The position numbers and the translations under genes are program-made. DNA of 64,000 nt. Source: the human T2T-CHM13v2.0 reference genome, Homo sapiens. The stretch covers positions 41,920,001 to 41,984,000 of the forward strand of contig CP068257.2 of NCBI GenBank assembly GCA_009914755.4, written 5' to 3'. Of the stretch, positions 59,801-64,000 are shown piece by piece. Below the pieces are notes generated by a model. That model ran no database searches and had not been told where the DNA came from. It worked only from the letters and a program-made list of their open reading frames with translations. Position 1 is the first letter of the stretch. Every line of letters begins with the position of its first letter.

Positions 59801-62382
59801 CTGCTGACTTAGACTCTGACAACAGAAGACCAGTAAGTTTAAGCTCAAAACTGGCACCTTATTCTTCCACATGCAGAGTCACACAATTCTAGGACTGGGA
59901 TACCATAATTGTCATCTAGTGTCAGACTCTTCTCAGAAGACAAAAACCGAAGGTCATATATTCAAGAATACAGGGTTAGTCAGTGGCAGAAGCAGCAATG
60001 GACATGAGGCCTCAAGCCCCACCTGGCCTTTTCTGCACGCCACACTGCCTCCATGTGTTGGTGTGAGCGTGTGGAGGAGGAGGGATTGGCAGGCCAAGAG
60101 CAGCCACGGTCACTGACACAAAGGTGCTCTGCTGGTAACTTTGTGTAACTAGGAAGGTCCCTGGAAGACTAAGCTGGATCCAGTCCTGCCCCCAAATTAT
60201 CAATCATCAAAAAGTAATTTTGATGCTGCAATTATTATCTAACATTATTTGAATACATAAACCAGAGACAAGGAGTACAATCATGATTTTCAAATCACTG
60301 AAAAGCAGAAAAAGCATTTAAAAGATTTCACTAGGAAGTTAAGCAGTTAATCTTCACAGGACTGTGAAGATTTCCGTCTCTTTCACACTCTTCATTTGCC
60401 CTCTTATCCAAGTTACTGGAAACAATCACATTGATATCAATGTGCTATCATTTACTACGGTTCAGTAGAAAATTCACAATATGTAAAGTAATAAGAGCAG
60501 ATGTTACTATTCCACCTTACAGATGTCCAGAGAACTGACATCCTGGGAAGTAGATTCACTGAGCCAAACCTCTGCACTACACTAACCTATCATTAAAGAA
60601 CAGTGACTACAGTTGAGTAGAAATTTAACAATTTCAAGGTTTAAATAAATTTCTGATTTCCAGCTTTAGCTTAGGATACAGAAAACTGGTAACAGCTACC
60701 CCATTCTTTCCGGGGGCAGAGGGAGAGATAATTTACCAAAATCACAGGTCTTCTTGAACACATTAGAGAGCTAAGGCTGGACATCAGCCAACCAATCTGA
60801 AAAATGACGAAAGACAACAGCCTCCAAGCAGATACATGAAGCAAGCACTTGCTCACCTGGGGCATATGCTGGACACCATACAAGGCAGCAAAAAAAATAA
60901 AAAATAAAAAAACCCCAGCTAAAATACTGAACAAATCACAAAATCAGTGGTTGCCTTGGGCTGGTGATGAGTGGAGAACTGGACTACAGAAGGATGGCGT
61001 GCAGGAAGTCTGGGGGAAGGAATTAGTTCCACAACCTAATTGTGGTGGGTAAATGACTGTATACTTTTGTAGAAATTTACAGAACTGCAAAAAGGTTTAA
61101 AAAAAAAAACTAAAGAATGAATTCACTGTATGTAAAATTTTAAAAAGAACATTTGTTTCAGAAGGAAAAGGATCCATTTGAGAGCTAACCCATGGTCTCT
61201 ATTACCTATCCCCACAGGATAGTCTTGGTATTTGAGACTCATAAGCCCCCAAGCCTCTGCAAATCAGCACTTTAATAAAATATTCTTCCCAGTCAAATTC
61301 ATTAACATGCAAATATAAGTGCCCACTATCCAACTCTTCATAAGAGTTCCTATGTAAACCACCACAAACACAGGAAAACAGCCGCGCTGAGCTTGAATGC
61401 TGGGCAACAGGGCGGCTTCACTCACAGCCCACTGCCTCACCAGCATGTCAGCCAGCAATTCAGGCAGCTCAGATTCACAACCAGCAACATGACAAGTCAC
61501 ATAGGTCATACGCCTTTGGGGTCACTTGCAAAGAGAAGAAAACGCAAATTATTTAATTTGCAAATGCCTTCTGTTAAAAGACAACCTTCAAACAATGTTT
61601 TTAAAGGGAGGGCAATGCAAGCCTGCTACAACTGTAGGTGCCATGATGAACGTATAGAATGCTGCCCTGCACTGGAGTAAGGAATAGCCAGAAAACATCA
61701 CAGTCTCAGCATCCACCCCGCAAGAACTATCATCAAGTTTTAAAGGATTAAGAAACAAATGTCTACACAGACCTACCCCATTAGGATTTCAATAAAAGAA
61801 TAACACCAAAAGAAAAATAAAATTTTCTCTCACTTTAACAGCAGAGAATTTTCCTAAGAACAGCATGGGAAAATAATAAAGCAAATAAAGCAGAGATTAA
61901 AGATCAATGTAAAAAAAAAAGTCTGAAATTAAATAATTCAAACTTAAAGCTGTTGGGACTTTAAATTATCCCAACCATTGTGAGGAATGTAGATATGCGG
62001 CTGCAAATTCTGCATTTTTCTTTCCTGTAAATAATTAAGACCAAACTGCTGAAGATAAGACTTCCTCAGATAACCCTCCTTGGAATGTAGCAATCTATAA
62101 ACAGTCAAATCACTGTGGCACACACACTGGTCTTGTATGGAAAATGTTCTAATCCTGCTGGAACTTCTCTGTCTCTGCCTATATCAGTGATATCTTCTTC
62201 ACTTTGGAACCCTGACCCCACTGGTTTGAAGTTGGTGTTTCTGAGTGGCCACCGTCAAGCTCTGTGCACAAATAAACTCTGTACTTAGTCATATTTTCTG
62301 AATCTCGTTAAGGCTGATAAGTCACAGCAATGTATTGAACCATTTCACTGACTTCAGAACAAAGAGCCTCAATACTCACTAG

Positions 62383-62712
<330 letters not shown>

Positions 62713-64000
62713 GCTTCTATACTGAGAAATTATTTAGTTCCTGGACTTTATCCCTTATGATAGTTCTGAGACGGAATTTTATCATAACTCTCAGGGAAAG
62801 GTTTACTTTATTATCTTTTAGGAGAATTTTACTGAAGAGGCAATTTAGGTTTTTGGAATTATATAATTATTATACTAAAACAACAGCAAAGAGCTCAGCT
62901 TAAGCTTAGCTTAAGGCTTTTACTTTAGCTAGCCAGACAGTAAAATTATGATTCTGAATAAAAGCAGCTAAACTTACTTGTTTTTTTCTGTCAAGGTACA
63001 TAACTACACAGAACATGCAAACTCATCTGTTTCCTTCAGATCATTCATTCTTAATAACTGATACTTATCAGAATCACCTGGGGTGATTTTCCAAAATAAA
63101 CATACCCGGTACCTATCCCAGAACTATGGAATCAGATTATCCAGGGTGCTCCCCAGCATTAATATCTGAAAACACTCCTGAGAGATGTTTACACACTCTC
63201 AACCCTGACTGTAAACACCAGTCTCTGTAACAGTCACTACAGCTGAAAAGAATTACAGGCACATTTCGTTTTATTGCATTCACTTTATTGTGCTTTGCAG
63301 ATACTGTTTTTTTACAAATTGAAGGAATGTGGCAACCCTACATTGAGCAAGTCTGTTGGTGCCATTTTTCCAACAGTGTGTGCTTAATTCATGTCTCTGT
63401 GTCACATTTTGGTAATTCTTGCAATAGTTGAAACTTTTTCATTATTATTACATCTGTTATGGTCATCTGTGATCAATGATCTTTGATGTTACCACTGTAA
63501 TTGTTTTAGGGCACCATGAGCCACACCCATGTAAGACAGCAAATTTAATCAATACATGCTACTTATCTTCTGATTTTTCCAATGACTGGCCATTCCCGTT
63601 TCTCTCCCTCTCCTAGGAACTTGCTATTCCCTGAGACACAACAATACTGAAATTCGGACAGTTAATAACCCTACAATGACCTCTAAATGTTCAAGCAAAA
63701 GGAAAAGATACATATCTGAAAGCAAAAGCTAGAAATGATTAAGCTTAGTGAAGGCATGGCCAAAGCTGAGACCTGCTGAAAGTTAGACCTCTTGTGCCAA
63801 ACAGCCAAGTTATGACTGCAAATGCAAAGTTCTCGATAGAAATTAAAAGCTCTATTCCAGTGAACACATGAATGATAAGAACGCAAAACAGCCTTATTGC
63901 TGATATGGAGAAAGCCCAAGTATTCTAGACAGAAGATCAAAAATCATCAAAAATCCCTTAAGCCAAAGCCTAATTCAGAGAAAAGCCCCAATGCTCTTCA

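Overview
This window is human (primate) genomic DNA. It is about 55-60% interspersed repeats: roughly 35 Alu copies, several ancient L1 fragments carrying nested Alus, MIRs, a MaLR element and an LTR12-type solo LTR. There are no prokaryote-style operons or defence systems, so the hunt is framed in eukaryotic terms.

Two protein-coding features are supported:
- An intact 126-codon histone H2B gene at 783-1163 (+). Its protein matches the chromosome-21 H2B family member S (H2BFS/H2BS1/H2BC12L) as I recall it.
- A 104-nt internal coding exon on the minus strand at 27768-27871, with a textbook acceptor and donor. This is probably an exon of the host gene HSF2BP, which would make the H2B gene an antisense resident of an HSF2BP intron.

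The most interesting observation is that the H2B gene lies inside a retroposed unit. A 13-bp target-site duplication (aaaactgaatgcc) brackets 722-1745. The unit ends in AATAAA plus an A15 tract and carries a 566-nt 3'UTR that includes an L1-derived fragment. It interrupts an otherwise collinear MaLR (THE1/MST-type) internal sequence. The octamer (ATTTGCAT) and TATA-like box immediately upstream of the gene are native MaLR-internal sequence, which suggests promoter exaptation. The canonical histone 3' stem-loop is absent; only a degenerate remnant is visible.

Other notable structures:
- A 2.4-kb minisatellite of 21-22-bp units (17362-19795).
- A 1.7-kb CA/CCA-rich complex array (39743-41472) with an embedded 50-bp motif present three times.
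- A local 195-bp duplication flanking an Alu dimer that has its own TSD.
- Several Alu insertions with clean TSDs.

All coordinates come from manual reading. Repeat boundaries are approximate to about ±10 bp.
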